A DNA stretch of 64,000 nt from a virus. Location of the stretch: positions 1 through 64,000 of the IMG/VR virus record IMGVR_UViG_3300012798_000001. One strand, 5' to 3'. The notes under the pieces were generated by a model. That model had not been told where the DNA came from. It ran no database searches and saw only the letters and a list, made by a program, of their open reading frames with translations. Below, in pieces: positions 8,886 through 18,846 of the stretch (the stretch's first letter is position 1; each line of letters opens with the position of its first letter). The translations under genes were made by a program, and so were the position numbers.

Positions 8886-9494
8886 ATGCCACTGCTGCCT
8901 CAGACGGCTCTCGCGCAAGCGGAGGGGCTGCACATCGTTGCCTCGCTCTTCGTCACCTTCGCCTTCAAGACCTCGCCGCTGCGGGTCTGGGAAGGTGACG
9001 GCCCGATCGATCGGGAAGGCTTGACGTGGCAGGGCGTGGGCATGCCCTCGGGCCGCTCTGGGAACCCGCTCTATTCGATCGAGGGGCTGGAGCTGTCGAT
9101 GGACGGCTCCGCGCCGCAGCTCAACCTGTCGCTGTCCGGCGTCGACTCCACTGTGGTCGCTGCGGCCCGCGAGGACGTCGCCAACGAGGAGATCGAGGGG
9201 CGCGACCTGACCATCCGGATCGGGTTCTACGACGCCACGCAATACCCCGAGATGATCCCGCTTGACGACCTGATCGTCCTCGGGGTCTGGACGATGCAGA
9301 AGCCGAGCTTCTCGGCAACGGGTGTCACGCTCCGAAACATCACGCTCCCCTGCGAAACGCTGTTCGTGCAGCGCAGCCGGGCGCCGTTCGGCCTGCTGAC
9401 CGATCGGGACCAGCAGCGGCGCTTCCCCGGTGATCTCGCCTGCCAGTTCCCTCCGACCCTCGTTGACAGGGACGTCGCGTGGCCGCGTCGGTGA
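8886..9494 (+). CDS. minor tail protein (gpL / DUF2163-like position)
   Basis: 'PLRVWEGDGPIDREGLTWQGVG' resembles the DUF2163 pattern. Gene order also fits. Confidence 0.5.
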   Translation: MPLLPQTALAQAEGLHIVASLFVTFAFKTSPLRVWEGDGPIDREGLTWQGVGMPSGRSGNPLYSIEGLELSMDGSAPQLNLSLSGVDSTVVAAAREDVANEEIEGRDLTIRIGFYDATQYPEMIPLDDLIVLGVWTMQKPSFSATGVTLRNITLPCETLFVQRSRAPFGLLTDRDQQRRFPGDLACQFPPTLVDRDVAWPRR

Positions 9495-9904
9495 CCGGCT
9501 CGGCACCGCAGATCCTGGATGCCCTCGACCGGCACGTCCGGCTCGCCCGGTCGACGCCGTTCGAGCTGGGCCGGATGGACTGCTCGCTTTGGGTGGCCGA
9601 TTGGGTGTCCATGCGGACCGGGGTCGACCTGGCCGCTGATCTCCGCGGCCGGTACAAGACCCGCGCTGAAGTGCTGCGGCTGATCATCCCGCTCGGCAAC
9701 CTCGTGCGCATTGCCGCCCGGCGGCTGGACTCCATCGGCGCCGCGGTCATCGACCCGGCCCAGGCCCAGCCGGGCGACATCGGCATCGTCGCCACCACGG
9801 ATGGCCCGGCGCTGGCGCTGTTCGCCGATGGCGCTTGGCAGACCAAGACCGGCGACCCGCTGTTCTCGACCCCCACCGCATCCTTTGCCTGGAGATTGCC
9901 GTAG
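9479..9904 (+). CDS. tail-tip associated protein (position of lambda gpK / RcGTA g14)
   Basis: GTG start overlaps the upstream gene. 'GRMDCSLWVADWV...AQPGDIGIV' is reminiscent of NlpC/P60-like Cys peptidase cores. Confidence 0.45.
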   Translation: MAASVTGSAPQILDALDRHVRLARSTPFELGRMDCSLWVADWVSMRTGVDLAADLRGRYKTRAEVLRLIIPLGNLVRIAARRLDSIGAAVIDPAQAQPGDIGIVATTDGPALALFADGAWQTKTGDPLFSTPTASFAWRLP

Positions 9905-12900
9905 ATGCTGGCAGTCCCTCTTGCGATCGGCGCCGCGGCGGCCGGTGCCGGCGCTGCTGCCGGTGTGGCCGCTGCCGCGACGACGGGCCTCTTCCTCGGC
10001 ATTGGCGCCTGGGGCTGGACCGCGGTTGCGGTCGGTCTGAGCGTGCTCGGCACCGTCGCGCAGATGATGCTGTCGCCGACCCCGCCCAAGCCGCAGATGC
10101 AGGAGGGCGACGCCAGCATCAAGCAGGCGATCCCGCCCCGCGTCCGCGTCTACGGCCGGCAGCGGATGGGCGGCGCCTTCCTCTACTACGACAGCACCTC
10201 GGAGGGTGATCTCAAGACCCTGATCTGCCATGCCGCGCATGAGATCGACGGCTACGAGGAGGACTGGCTCAACGACGAGCGGGTCCAGACCGATAGCGAG
10301 GGCCAAGTCACCGACGATCCCTGGTGGCAGGGGAATGACGATCCGATTTTCGGTGACCCCAGCGACGGCCACAGCACCGTTACGATCCTGCATTACCTGG
10401 GCTCGCCGAATCAGACGATCGACAGCTTCGACGAAAAGTGGACTGAGGCGCATCGGGGCCGCGGCCTCAACTGCACCTATGTCAAATATTCGGATCTGAA
10501 GGACGAGGACCAGATCAAGGTCTTCCCGAGCGGGCCGCCGCCCTACCGGGCCGTGCTTCGAGGCGCGAAAGTCTACGACCCGCGCAACGGGGCCATGGCG
10601 CCGGGCAACGAGGCGACCTACGCATACAGCGACAATTCCGCGCTCGTGATCCTCGATTTCCTGACCCGCAAAGAGAATGGCGTGCCGGTCGGGTTCGGCA
10701 TCCCGTGGTCCCGGATCAACCTCGACAGCTTCGCCTTCGCGGCGGCCGTTTGCGATCAGAACATCTCACTCAAGGCTGGCGGCGCCGAGCGCCGCTGGCG
10801 CGCCTGGGGCGCCTACGAGCTGACCGAGGACCGCAAGGACGTCCTCCAGGATCTCCTCGACGGCTGCGGTGGCCGACTCACGCAAGGGCCGGACGGCACC
10901 ATCGGCCTCGCTGTCGGAGCCGGCACGACCAATGGCGCCGCCGCGGTCGGGATGCCGGCCCCCACGGTCGTCATCGACGACGATCAGCTCTATGGCTGGG
11001 ATCTCACGAACGGCAAGACCGGGCTTGAACGCATCAACGAGGTCCGCGCGACCTACGTGTCCGAGATCTGGTCCTGGGCCGAGACCGAGGCCGGCATCCA
11101 GCTCGACCAAGCCGGTATCGATCGCAACGGCATCGAGAGCAGTCAGGTCAAGCTGCGCTTCGTCCCGGCCGAGAGCCAAGCCCAGCGTATCGCCCGCGAG
11201 ATGCTGCGCCGGGGGAGCCCGACCTGGATCGGCAAGATCCGCACCACCATCGCGGGGCTCGATGCCTGGGGCGAGCGGTGGATCAGGCTCCAGATCGCAG
11301 AACTCGAAATCGACGGCATCTTCGAGGTCGGCTCGATCCGCCTCGACCGCGAAACCATGATGGTCGAGATCGACGTCTCCTCCTATGACGGGTGGTGGGA
11401 CTGGACGACGGCGACCGACGAGGCGGACCCGGCGATCCCGCCTCCGGACCTGGACGAGGACGCGAACATCCCGGTCCCGCAGAACGTGTTCGTCGTCATC
11501 GAGAACCGGCTGATCAACGGCAATACCTATGCCGCGGTCGGGGTGATCTCTTGGGACCCCCCGCCACGGCCGGTCTATGTCGGCCGCGCCATCTACCGCC
11601 CGGTCACCACCCCGGAGTCGCCCTGGCAGCCGCTCCCGGTGGCCCAGGAGGCCAATACCGTTAAGACCGACCCGCTGGTGGATGGCCAGGGCTACGAGGC
11701 GCGGGTGCGCTTCATCGCGCCGCGGGGAGCCGGCGGCGATTGGTCCCCGGCGGCGCCGTTCACCGCCATCGCCGATCCGGTGGTGCCCGACGCCCCGATC
11801 CTGACCAGCGGCGAGATCGTCGGCAGCACGGTCGAGCTGGAGACGACCGCCGCCAACAATCCCAACGTCGCGGCGCTCCGCTTCTGGCGCGACACCGATT
11901 CCGTCTTCACGGGCGCGGTCGATATCAGCGGCCCGCTCTACACGGCCCCGAATGCGGTCGCCCACTGGGTCGATACGCCCGGTCCTGGCCGCTTCTATTA
12001 CTGGGCCACGGCCGAGAACTGGAGCGGCCTGCGCAGCCCTCCATCGGGCCCAGCGGGGCCGTTCGACTTCGTCCCGGCTGTCCCGGTCATCACCTCGCCG
12101 ACGAGCCCGTTCGTCACCAACGACAACACGCCGACCTTCAGCGGCACCGGCCAGGACGGCACGACGATCCATCTGTTCGAGGGCCCGACCGACAAGGGCT
12201 CGGCTCCTGTCGTCGGCGGGGTCTGGAGCATCACCTCCTCGACGATGGCGGATGGCACCCGCAACGTCACCGCGCGGGCCTTCGCCGGCCCCCTGGTCAG
12301 CGCTGCCAGCAACATCATCGTCACCACGATCGACACGACCGTCTCGGCGCCGATCATTACCACCAGCTCGCCGCTCACGACGACCGACACCACGCCGGAC
12401 ATCTCGGGCACCTCGGAGCCCAACGCGAGCATCGCCCTGTTCCGCGGCGGCTCGACCCCGGCGGGCTCGACGGTTGCCAATGGTGCCGGGGTCTGGACCG
12501 CGACCCTCTCCGCGCTCGCGGTCGGTCCCTACAGCATCACCGCGACGCAGACCGACAGCGCGGGCAACACCTCCGGCCCGTCCGCGGCGCTGACCCTCAA
12601 CATCCAGCCCGTCGCCCCGACGATCACGACCGGCAGCTTCACGACCTACGACACCACGCCGGTCATCGCTGGCACCTCCACGGCATCGGCCTCGATCAAG
12701 ATCTACGACGATGGAGTTTTGTCGACCACTCTGACGGCGGACGGCTCTGGCAACTGGAGTGGACCGACCGCGGTCCTGTCCAGCGGCGCGAACACCATCA
12801 CCGCCACGCAGACGGTTGCTGGCGTCGAGAGCCCGCAGTCGTCGGGGATCACGGTCACCGTGACCGCGATGGACAGCGCTGCTGCGGCGTACATCGCGGC

Positions 12901-13630
12901 GATGACGGTCGAGCCGACGAGCGCCCGGATGGGGCTCATCAACGACCTTGTCGTCGCCCTCAAGGCGGCCGGGGTCTGGTCCAAGCTGGACTGCCTCTAC
13001 CTGCTCGCCGCGCACGATGCCCAGGCGGCCAGGCTGAATGTGAAGAGCCCCGCGGCCTTCGCCCTCGTCGCCAATGGCATGCCCATCTACACCACGGACC
13101 GCGGCTACAAGGGCACAGGGCTAGGCAGCACGCCCGGCGGCTATCTGGCCGGGGGGTTCAACCCGTCCACGGCCGGCGGCGTCTACGCGCAGAACAGCGC
13201 GCATATGGGCGTCTGGGTTCGGACGGCGAACACGTCGGTTGCAGCGGGCACGGGCGGCGACATCGGAACCGTTGGCGCCGCGATCTACACCAAGCATCCG
13301 ACTGCCGGCAACATCACCACGCAGATCAACGACGGCACCGCCAGCAATACGGCCGGCGGCACCCCGAACAACGTCGGGCACTACGCGATCTCTCGGACGG
13401 TCAACACGGGGTATGCCAAGTATCACGAGGGCGTGGCGCAAGCCTCCTCCTCGGTGGTCTCGACCGCGGTCCCGAACTTCATCTTCTCGATCCTGCGGAC
13501 TGGCGCCACCTCCTACAGCGACGCCGAGATCTGCGCCGCCCATTGGGGCTCGGGCCTGACCGCGGGCGAAGTGACCAGCCTCTATAACGCGCTGCACACC
13601 TATCTGCAGGGCGTCGGCGCGGTGGCCTGA
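9905..13630 (+). CDS. host specificity / central tail fibre protein (gpJ / RcGTA g15-like)
   Basis: 1241 aa. Gly/Ala-rich hydrophobic N-terminus, then a Phage-tail_3-like core, three Ig-like repeats and a distinct C-terminal domain. Confidence 0.8.
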   Translation: MLAVPLAIGAAAAGAGAAAGVAAAATTGLFLGIGAWGWTAVAVGLSVLGTVAQMMLSPTPPKPQMQEGDASIKQAIPPRVRVYGRQRMGGAFLYYDSTSEGDLKTLICHAAHEIDGYEEDWLNDERVQTDSEGQVTDDPWWQGNDDPIFGDPSDGHSTVTILHYLGSPNQTIDSFDEKWTEAHRGRGLNCTYVKYSDLKDEDQIKVFPSGPPPYRAVLRGAKVYDPRNGAMAPGNEATYAYSDNSALVILDFLTRKENGVPVGFGIPWSRINLDSFAFAAAVCDQNISLKAGGAERRWRAWGAYELTEDRKDVLQDLLDGCGGRLTQGPDGTIGLAVGAGTTNGAAAVGMPAPTVVIDDDQLYGWDLTNGKTGLERINEVRATYVSEIWSWAETEAGIQLDQAGIDRNGIESSQVKLRFVPAESQAQRIAREMLRRGSPTWIGKIRTTIAGLDAWGERWIRLQIAELEIDGIFEVGSIRLDRETMMVEIDVSSYDGWWDWTTATDEADPAIPPPDLDEDANIPVPQNVFVVIENRLINGNTYAAVGVISWDPPPRPVYVGRAIYRPVTTPESPWQPLPVAQEANTVKTDPLVDGQGYEARVRFIAPRGAGGDWSPAAPFTAIADPVVPDAPILTSGEIVGSTVELETTAANNPNVAALRFWRDTDSVFTGAVDISGPLYTAPNAVAHWVDTPGPGRFYYWATAENWSGLRSPPSGPAGPFDFVPAVPVITSPTSPFVTNDNTPTFSGTGQDGTTIHLFEGPTDKGSAPVVGGVWSITSSTMADGTRNVTARAFAGPLVSAASNIIVTTIDTTVSAPIITTSSPLTTTDTTPDISGTSEPNASIALFRGGSTPAGSTVANGAGVWTATLSALAVGPYSITATQTDSAGNTSGPSAALTLNIQPVAPTITTGSFTTYDTTPVIAGTSTASASIKIYDDGVLSTTLTADGSGNWSGPTAVLSSGANTITATQTVAGVESPQSSGITVTVTAMDSAAAAYIAAMTVEPTSARMGLINDLVVALKAAGVWSKLDCLYLLAAHDAQAARLNVKSPAAFALVANGMPIYTTDRGYKGTGLGSTPGGYLAGGFNPSTAGGVYAQNSAHMGVWVRTANTSVAAGTGGDIGTVGAAIYTKHPTAGNITTQINDGTASNTAGGTPNNVGHYAISRTVNTGYAKYHEGVAQASSSVVSTAVPNFIFSILRTGATSYSDAEICAAHWGSGLTAGEVTSLYNALHTYLQGVGAVA
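12082..12865 (+). repeat. three tandem bacterial Ig-like domain repeats (coding)
   Basis: 'ITSPTSPFVTNDNTPTFSGTGQDGTTIHLFEG', 'ITTSSPLTTTDTTPDISGTSEPNASIALFRG' and 'ITTGSFTTYDTTPVIAGTSTASASIKIYDDG'. Each ends in '...ITATQT'. Confidence 0.75.
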
Positions 13631-13655
13631 ACACCAGATCAACGGAGACACGCCG

Positions 13656-14045
13656 ATGCCCGATGCGCTGCGGCCAGCGAAGATCATCGCTCGCCATGTG
13701 AGTGCTGCCGCCAAGATCGAGGTCGCTCACGGCAGCGATTGGAACGACGGCCTCCAGGTCCGCGAATGCGGCGCCGACATGGATCTCACCGACAGCGTCA
13801 TTGAGATCATGGTCCGCCCGACCTTCGACGACCCGATCCTCCTCGCATGGCTGTCGTCGGCGACCGGAGACATCCTCTTCGACGACGCGGCCCATGGGAA
13901 GTTCGGGATCTTTTGGCCCGGCTGGAAGGTCTCGACCATCCCGGCCGGCGCCTGGGTCTTCGCAATGCGGGTCCTCAAGGGCGGCGAAGCCCGAGAGATC
14001 GCCCGCGGTCCCTTCATCGTCTATGCGGCGGAGTATCTCGGATGA
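13656..14045 (+). CDS. hypothetical tail-associated protein (paralog 1)
   Basis: GGAGA SD. Shares a beta-rich pattern with the next gene ('DLTDSVIEIMVR' versus 'LEGATLEMNVR'). Confidence 0.55.
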   Translation: MPDALRPAKIIARHVSAAAKIEVAHGSDWNDGLQVRECGADMDLTDSVIEIMVRPTFDDPILLAWLSSATGDILFDDAAHGKFGIFWPGWKVSTIPAGAWVFAMRVLKGGEAREIARGPFIVYAAEYLG

Positions 14046-14392
14046 AGACCTGGGGGCATCAGGATCTCATTGCCGCGACCAATGCGGATTGGGTTGAGAC
14101 CCTCACCCTCGGGGTCGACGGCGTGCCGCTCGTCCTGGAGGGCGCAACGCTGGAGATGAATGTCCGGCGCCGGCCCGGCTCGGTCGACCCGCACCTTACC
14201 CTTGAGACAGGCGCCGGCCTCACCCTGGTCGACCCGGTGGCGCGGACCGCCACACTGGAGGTCGATGCCCTGGACATGGCCCAGCTCGGCCCCGGCGGTT
14301 ACGTGTACGACGTTATCGCCACCAATGGCACGACCAAGACCCGCGTCCTTGAGGGCGCGGTGAACGTGACCCGCGGCATCACCCGGCCTTAG
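14042..14392 (+). CDS. hypothetical tail-associated protein (paralog 2)
   Basis: ATGA overlap with the upstream gene. The 'GGYVYDVIATNGTTKTRVLEGAVNVTRG' tail is similar in pattern to paralog 1. Confidence 0.55.
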   Translation: MKTWGHQDLIAATNADWVETLTLGVDGVPLVLEGATLEMNVRRRPGSVDPHLTLETGAGLTLVDPVARTATLEVDALDMAQLGPGGYVYDVIATNGTTKTRVLEGAVNVTRGITRP

Positions 14393-14469
14393 CGGCCCCT
14401 CGCATCCCCCGATCGTCAACGCGGCCTGGCCGCCACCCCCAACCGCGCCTAGCCGAGGAGAGAAGCGGC

Positions 14470-16659
14470 ATGTTCACGGCGATCCAAGACAGCGTGATCG
14501 AACTCGTCGCCAGGGGCGAGCGCGGCGTCCCTGGCACGCCCGGCGATTATGACTACGAGACCGCCGATGCGGCGGCCAATCAGTTCATCCCGGCTATCCG
14601 GAAGACGGTCCGGGTCGGCGGCCGGCATACGACGCTCGATCGCGGCTCGGCGATCTATGTCCGCGTTGCGAGCGAGCCGAACCATCCCGGCAAGTTCCAA
14701 TCGCTTGATCTCGGCTGGTGGGAGCTGAACGAGGAGTACCCGACTCTCCGGATGTTCGGGGCGCGCGGCGACGGCGTCACCGACGACACCAACGCGATCC
14801 AAGACGCCTTCGATTACTGCGTGGCCAAGTCGTGCGCGGTCAGCGTGACGAAGGGCAACTACCTCGTCGGCCCGCTCTATTTCAACGGCCGGGCTTGGCG
14901 GGACTCGCCTTCGACCAACGGGGCCCAGCCCAGCGCCCGCGGCCTGATCGGCGAGGGATTGATCGTCTTCGAAGCCCGGTTCGTCGCGAAGACCGGAGCT
15001 TACACGTCCGGACAGGCCGTGATCACTGCGCGCAACCTCACCTTCAAGGTGATCACGGGAATCCACATCGATTGCAACTTCGTCGCCGATGTCGGCCTCG
15101 ATGTGGCGTGGATCGGGGGCACCAGCTCGGGTGACTCCACGGCGCCGGCCTGCGGGAACACGTTCACGAATCTCCTGGTCGAGAACGCCCTTGCCATGGG
15201 CATCAACTTCAATCAGGCGGCGGACTGCCTCATCCAGAACATCACCTATCGCGGCGGCACGCCTCCGGTGGCGTTCTCGCTCAAGCTGCCGGGCGGCGCG
15301 ATCCAGGCCAACAATCTGCGCGCCTATCGCGGTCGCTGGGAGATCGCGTGCCAGAACGCGCAGTTCAGCGATTCCCTGATGCTCGGTGGCCTCCAGTTGA
15401 TCGGCGCGGCCATCAACATGGTCACGATCTCGTCGTGCCAGCTCTCAACCGATCCGCTGACCGGCTATACGGTCTATTCCAGCGCTACCGAGGGTTACGG
15501 CACGCACGAGGTCTTCTTCCATGCCTGTGATTTCCTGGGCGGCGCGGCGCATACTTACTACTTCGCCGGTCGCTGGAACATGGGCGCGAAGTTCATCGGC
15601 ACCCATTTCGAGTTGAAGCCGTCCGATACCATGTTCAACCCGGCCGTCTGGACCCCGGTCGGCGGCCCCGGACGTCCGCCTATCTTCGATTTCGAGCATT
15701 GCTCGTGGCATGGCGGTGGGCCGGGGTTGCCCGCCAGCATCCCGGAAAAGGTTCTCGTCGGGACCTATGCCTGCAAGCGGCCGGACACCACTGTCATCGC
15801 TCGCCGCGACTTCCCGAGCGATATCCAGGTCGGCACCGGCTTGATCGTGGCCGACAAGGCAAACCTGACCGGGAACGGCTTCTTCGCCCGGGGACAGGGC
15901 GTGGCGGCTCCGCCGACCGACGCCTTCTTCGGCCAGGGCTACAACCGCTCCGGCTCCCTGGCAGAGGTCGAGCAGTTCATCCGCGGCCAGATGTGGCGGC
16001 TCACGCAGTATGACGGCGCGACGTTCACCACGCATCTCACGTTCAACGCCGGCTCCGCGAACGGGCTCTACCCCGGCAACGACAACGTCCGGAACCTGGG
16101 CATCGCCTCGAACCGGTGGGCAACGGTCTTCGCCGGCACTTCGGCGATCTCCACGTCGGACGCGCGGCTGAAGACTCCGATCGAGCCACTCACCGAGGCC
16201 GAGATCCAGGCGGGGTTGGCGCTCGGCGACGCGATCGGCTCATTCCACTTCCTCGACGCCATGGAGGACAAGGGCAATGACGCTCGCATCCATTGCGGGC
16301 TCACGGTCCAGGGCGCGATCGAGATCATGGAAACCCATGGGCTCGACCCGATGGCCTATGGCTTCATCTGCTATGACGCATGGCCGGCGGAGGTGATCCA
16401 ATATCCGCCGGTCTACGATGCAGACGGGGTCCTGATGCAGCCGGGCTATACCGAGGTCGTCCGGCAGGCCGGCGACGTCTACAGTTTCCGCGCCGACGAG
16501 TTGCAGTTCTTCGTGATCCGCGCCCTCATGGCCCAGCGGGCCGAACAGGAGGGGAAGATCGGCCTCCACGAGCAACGCATCGGCTCGCAGGAGATCCTTC
16601 TGGCGGCACAAGAAGAGCGCCTCATGAACCTGGAGGCGCTCTTCGGAGAGACGACCTAA
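14470..16659 (+). CDS. tailspike/tail fibre with pectate-lyase-type beta-helix and C-terminal S74 intramolecular chaperone domain
   Basis: 'LRMFGARGDGVTDDTNAIQDAFDYC' is a Pectate_lyase_3 N-cap. The C-terminal 'TSDARLKTPIEPLTEAEIQAGLALGDAIGSFHFLD...RIHCGLTVQ' matches the endosialidase-type chaperone with its S-D-x-R-x-K cleavage motif. Confidence 0.85.
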   Translation: MFTAIQDSVIELVARGERGVPGTPGDYDYETADAAANQFIPAIRKTVRVGGRHTTLDRGSAIYVRVASEPNHPGKFQSLDLGWWELNEEYPTLRMFGARGDGVTDDTNAIQDAFDYCVAKSCAVSVTKGNYLVGPLYFNGRAWRDSPSTNGAQPSARGLIGEGLIVFEARFVAKTGAYTSGQAVITARNLTFKVITGIHIDCNFVADVGLDVAWIGGTSSGDSTAPACGNTFTNLLVENALAMGINFNQAADCLIQNITYRGGTPPVAFSLKLPGGAIQANNLRAYRGRWEIACQNAQFSDSLMLGGLQLIGAAINMVTISSCQLSTDPLTGYTVYSSATEGYGTHEVFFHACDFLGGAAHTYYFAGRWNMGAKFIGTHFELKPSDTMFNPAVWTPVGGPGRPPIFDFEHCSWHGGGPGLPASIPEKVLVGTYACKRPDTTVIARRDFPSDIQVGTGLIVADKANLTGNGFFARGQGVAAPPTDAFFGQGYNRSGSLAEVEQFIRGQMWRLTQYDGATFTTHLTFNAGSANGLYPGNDNVRNLGIASNRWATVFAGTSAISTSDARLKTPIEPLTEAEIQAGLALGDAIGSFHFLDAMEDKGNDARIHCGLTVQGAIEIMETHGLDPMAYGFICYDAWPAEVIQYPPVYDADGVLMQPGYTEVVRQAGDVYSFRADELQFFVIRALMAQRAEQEGKIGLHEQRIGSQEILLAAQEERLMNLEALFGETT

Positions 16660-17741
16660 CTCCGGCTGGGCCGCGACGCTCCCGGCCACAGGTCGCCACC
16701 GCGGCGCACGAGCGTTCCCAGGGGCCGCTCGATGTAATGGTAGGAGACGAAGCCCGCCACGATGCACAGGGGCAGCACAATCCAGACCGCCGGCCCCTGC
16801 TCGTGGCCCAGGGCCATCCATGCTTTGTTGATGATCGCGACCGCGAACACGTGGCACAGGTAGAGGCTATATGAGGCGTCGCCAAGCTTGGCCAGGGCCC
16901 GGCCGGCGGCGCCCGTCACCTCCCGGATGGCGAGGCCGACATAGAACACCATCGCCGCCGGCACGCCCCAGGCGATGGGCCGAATCCAATGAAGCGGCAG
17001 GATGTCCTCCAGCGGCGCTCCTGCGCCGGAGCCGACGAGCCACACGACCGGCACCAGGGCGATGGCGACCGGCAGCGCCGCGCGGCGTGTAACCCACCCT
17101 TGACGATACAGCCAATACATCCCCATCCCGGCCACAAACTCGATGACGACGGGGTGCCCCACGAAGGTCAGGATCGCAGTGTCGCGTCCGGTGATGCTGG
17201 TCAGGATCATCAGGCCGGCGAAGAGGACTGCTATCGCAGCCACCCTGGCCCCGATCTTCAGCCCCAGCACCGCGGCGAAGCACAGGTAGAAGAACATCTC
17301 ATATTGCAGCGTCCAACCGACCGACATCAGCGGCTGCACGGTGCCGCTGACCGGATGGGCGGACGGGATGAAGAACAGTGAGGTCAGGACCAGATCCGGC
17401 GTCACCGTCGTCCAGCGGAGCAGCGATGGGAATGCGGTGGCCCCGGCGGCGAGCGCCAGGGTGAAGAACCAATACAGCGGCACGATCCGCCGGATGCGGC
17501 GGCCTAGGAAGATGCGCGGCGTGTTCTCCCGACCCGTGGCCGGGTCGCTCACGAGCATCATGATGAAGCCGGAGATCACGAAGAAGAGGTCGACTCCGGC
17601 CTCTGGCAGTCGGGCCCAGGAAAAGAAGGCCGTCGCGTCTGGGGCGGTGGTCCCAAACCGGGCATGCACCAGGACCACCGAGACCGCTGCCAGCGCCCGG
17701 AGGATCTGAATTCCCTGAATGTTTTCAGGCTTTTGTGCCAT
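16656..17741 (-). CDS. acyltransferase family 3 membrane protein (O-antigen/EPS O-acetylase type)
   Basis: 'IQGIQILRALAAVSVVLVHA...LFFVISGFIM' with about 10 hydrophobic segments. Convergent with the tailspike gene, with a 4-nt overlap. Confidence 0.85.
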   Translation of the reverse strand: MAQKPENIQGIQILRALAAVSVVLVHARFGTTAPDATAFFSWARLPEAGVDLFFVISGFIMMLVSDPATGRENTPRIFLGRRIRRIVPLYWFFTLALAAGATAFPSLLRWTTVTPDLVLTSLFFIPSAHPVSGTVQPLMSVGWTLQYEMFFYLCFAAVLGLKIGARVAAIAVLFAGLMILTSITGRDTAILTFVGHPVVIEFVAGMGMYWLYRQGWVTRRAALPVAIALVPVVWLVGSGAGAPLEDILPLHWIRPIAWGVPAAMVFYVGLAIREVTGAAGRALAKLGDASYSLYLCHVFAVAIINKAWMALGHEQGPAVWIVLPLCIVAGFVSYHYIERPLGTLVRRGGDLWPGASRPSRS

Positions 17742-18007
17742 GTTCTCCCCCTCTAGTTCGGCGGCTCTTCATGGCCGTCCAATGGTCAAAGGCAAATCAC
17801 GCGACAATGATCGCGGTTAATCCACTATGCAATTAGGTCGGTCATCCTAGCGGTTCTCGCCAAACTGTCACGAATATTTTCCGCGGCCCTATGGGTTGTC
17901 GGCCTGGCCGCTCCACTTCCCGAGATTTGCGAGGTTCCGGAATGCCCAAATCCCCAGCGGGGCCAGCCACTTGGCGGCTCGGCCGCAATGGTCAGGCTTG
18001 ATCTCCC

Positions 18008-18304
18008 ATGTCGGACATGGGCGAAGGACTCGGCCGCCGGTTCACCGATCGGCCAGATCTGCGTGACCTCATCCGGGAGGTCCAGGAGTTGAGTCGCCGG
18101 GTGACGGTGATCGAGACGAAGCTCGACATGTCACTCCAGCGGGTCAACGAGGCGCTCGCCGACTTGCGGACCGATGTCGCCGCTTGCGCCACGAAGGAGC
18201 AGCTCAAGCCCGCGGTGTGGCTGCTCGGCATCATCGGCTCGTCCGGCGTCGGCGCCTTCGTGCTCACGCTTTGGAACATGATCCTCAAGCGGGGCGGCAG
18301 TTGA
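18008..18304 (+). CDS. C-tail-anchored coiled-coil membrane protein (XhlA-like lysis accessory/holin candidate)
   Basis: 98 aa with a helical N-terminus and a single C-terminal TM 'VWLLGIIGSSGVGAFVLTLW'. First gene of the lysis cluster. Confidence 0.45.
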   Translation: MSDMGEGLGRRFTDRPDLRDLIREVQELSRRVTVIETKLDMSLQRVNEALADLRTDVAACATKEQLKPAVWLLGIIGSSGVGAFVLTLWNMILKRGGS

Positions 18305-18843
18305 TGGTCCGCGAGCGCATCTCTTGGAGCAGGCAGCCCCTCTGGTGGCTGATGTTCATGATCGGCTCGCCGCTAGCGGTGGCCTGCTGCCTGATGCTCT
18401 GGGCCCTGGTGGACCGGGAGCCGCCGATCTCGTATCGGACGCTCCAGGCCGGCGCTTACGACCCGGCGACACGGATCTTGACGCTGCAATGGGTGGTCCA
18501 TCGGCGCCGCTATTGCCCCGGCGAGTTGACCCGCTCGATCGAAGCGGAGGTCGGTGGCCGGGTGACGCTGCCCTCGGCCATCATCGACCCCGAGGCTGAT
18601 CCGCCAGAGGTGCGTGACCGGAGGATCGGGGCGACCTATGTCGGCCGCGCCAACCTGATCGAGATCCCGCCCACGGTTGGCGGGACGATCAAGCTCTCGA
18701 CGCTCCCGCGCTTCTGGTGCTCGCCCTTCCAGATGTTCGCGCCGATCGAGATCCCGGCGCCGCCGATCATCTTCGACATGCCGGACCCGAAGACCTGGAG
18801 CGGCGGTGGCTTGCCGGTCCACGTCGGCCCGCAACCGGAGTAA
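18304..18843 (+). CDS. N-terminally anchored membrane protein, lysis-cluster (spanin-like position)
   Basis: TGATG coupling. Has a TM 'PLWWLMFMIGSPLAVACCLMLWALV' and a Pro-rich C-terminus. Confidence 0.5.
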   Translation: MVRERISWSRQPLWWLMFMIGSPLAVACCLMLWALVDREPPISYRTLQAGAYDPATRILTLQWVVHRRRYCPGELTRSIEAEVGGRVTLPSAIIDPEADPPEVRDRRIGATYVGRANLIEIPPTVGGTIKLSTLPRFWCSPFQMFAPIEIPAPPIIFDMPDPKTWSGGGLPVHVGPQPE

Positions 18844-18846
18844 CCC

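Noticed and set aside
10766-13015. 749-aa ORF on the minus strand.
   Set aside because: It is antisense to the host-specificity gene. The product is Arg/Gly/Asp/Pro low-complexity with no domain-like segments. This is a typical shadow ORF of high-GC coding DNA.
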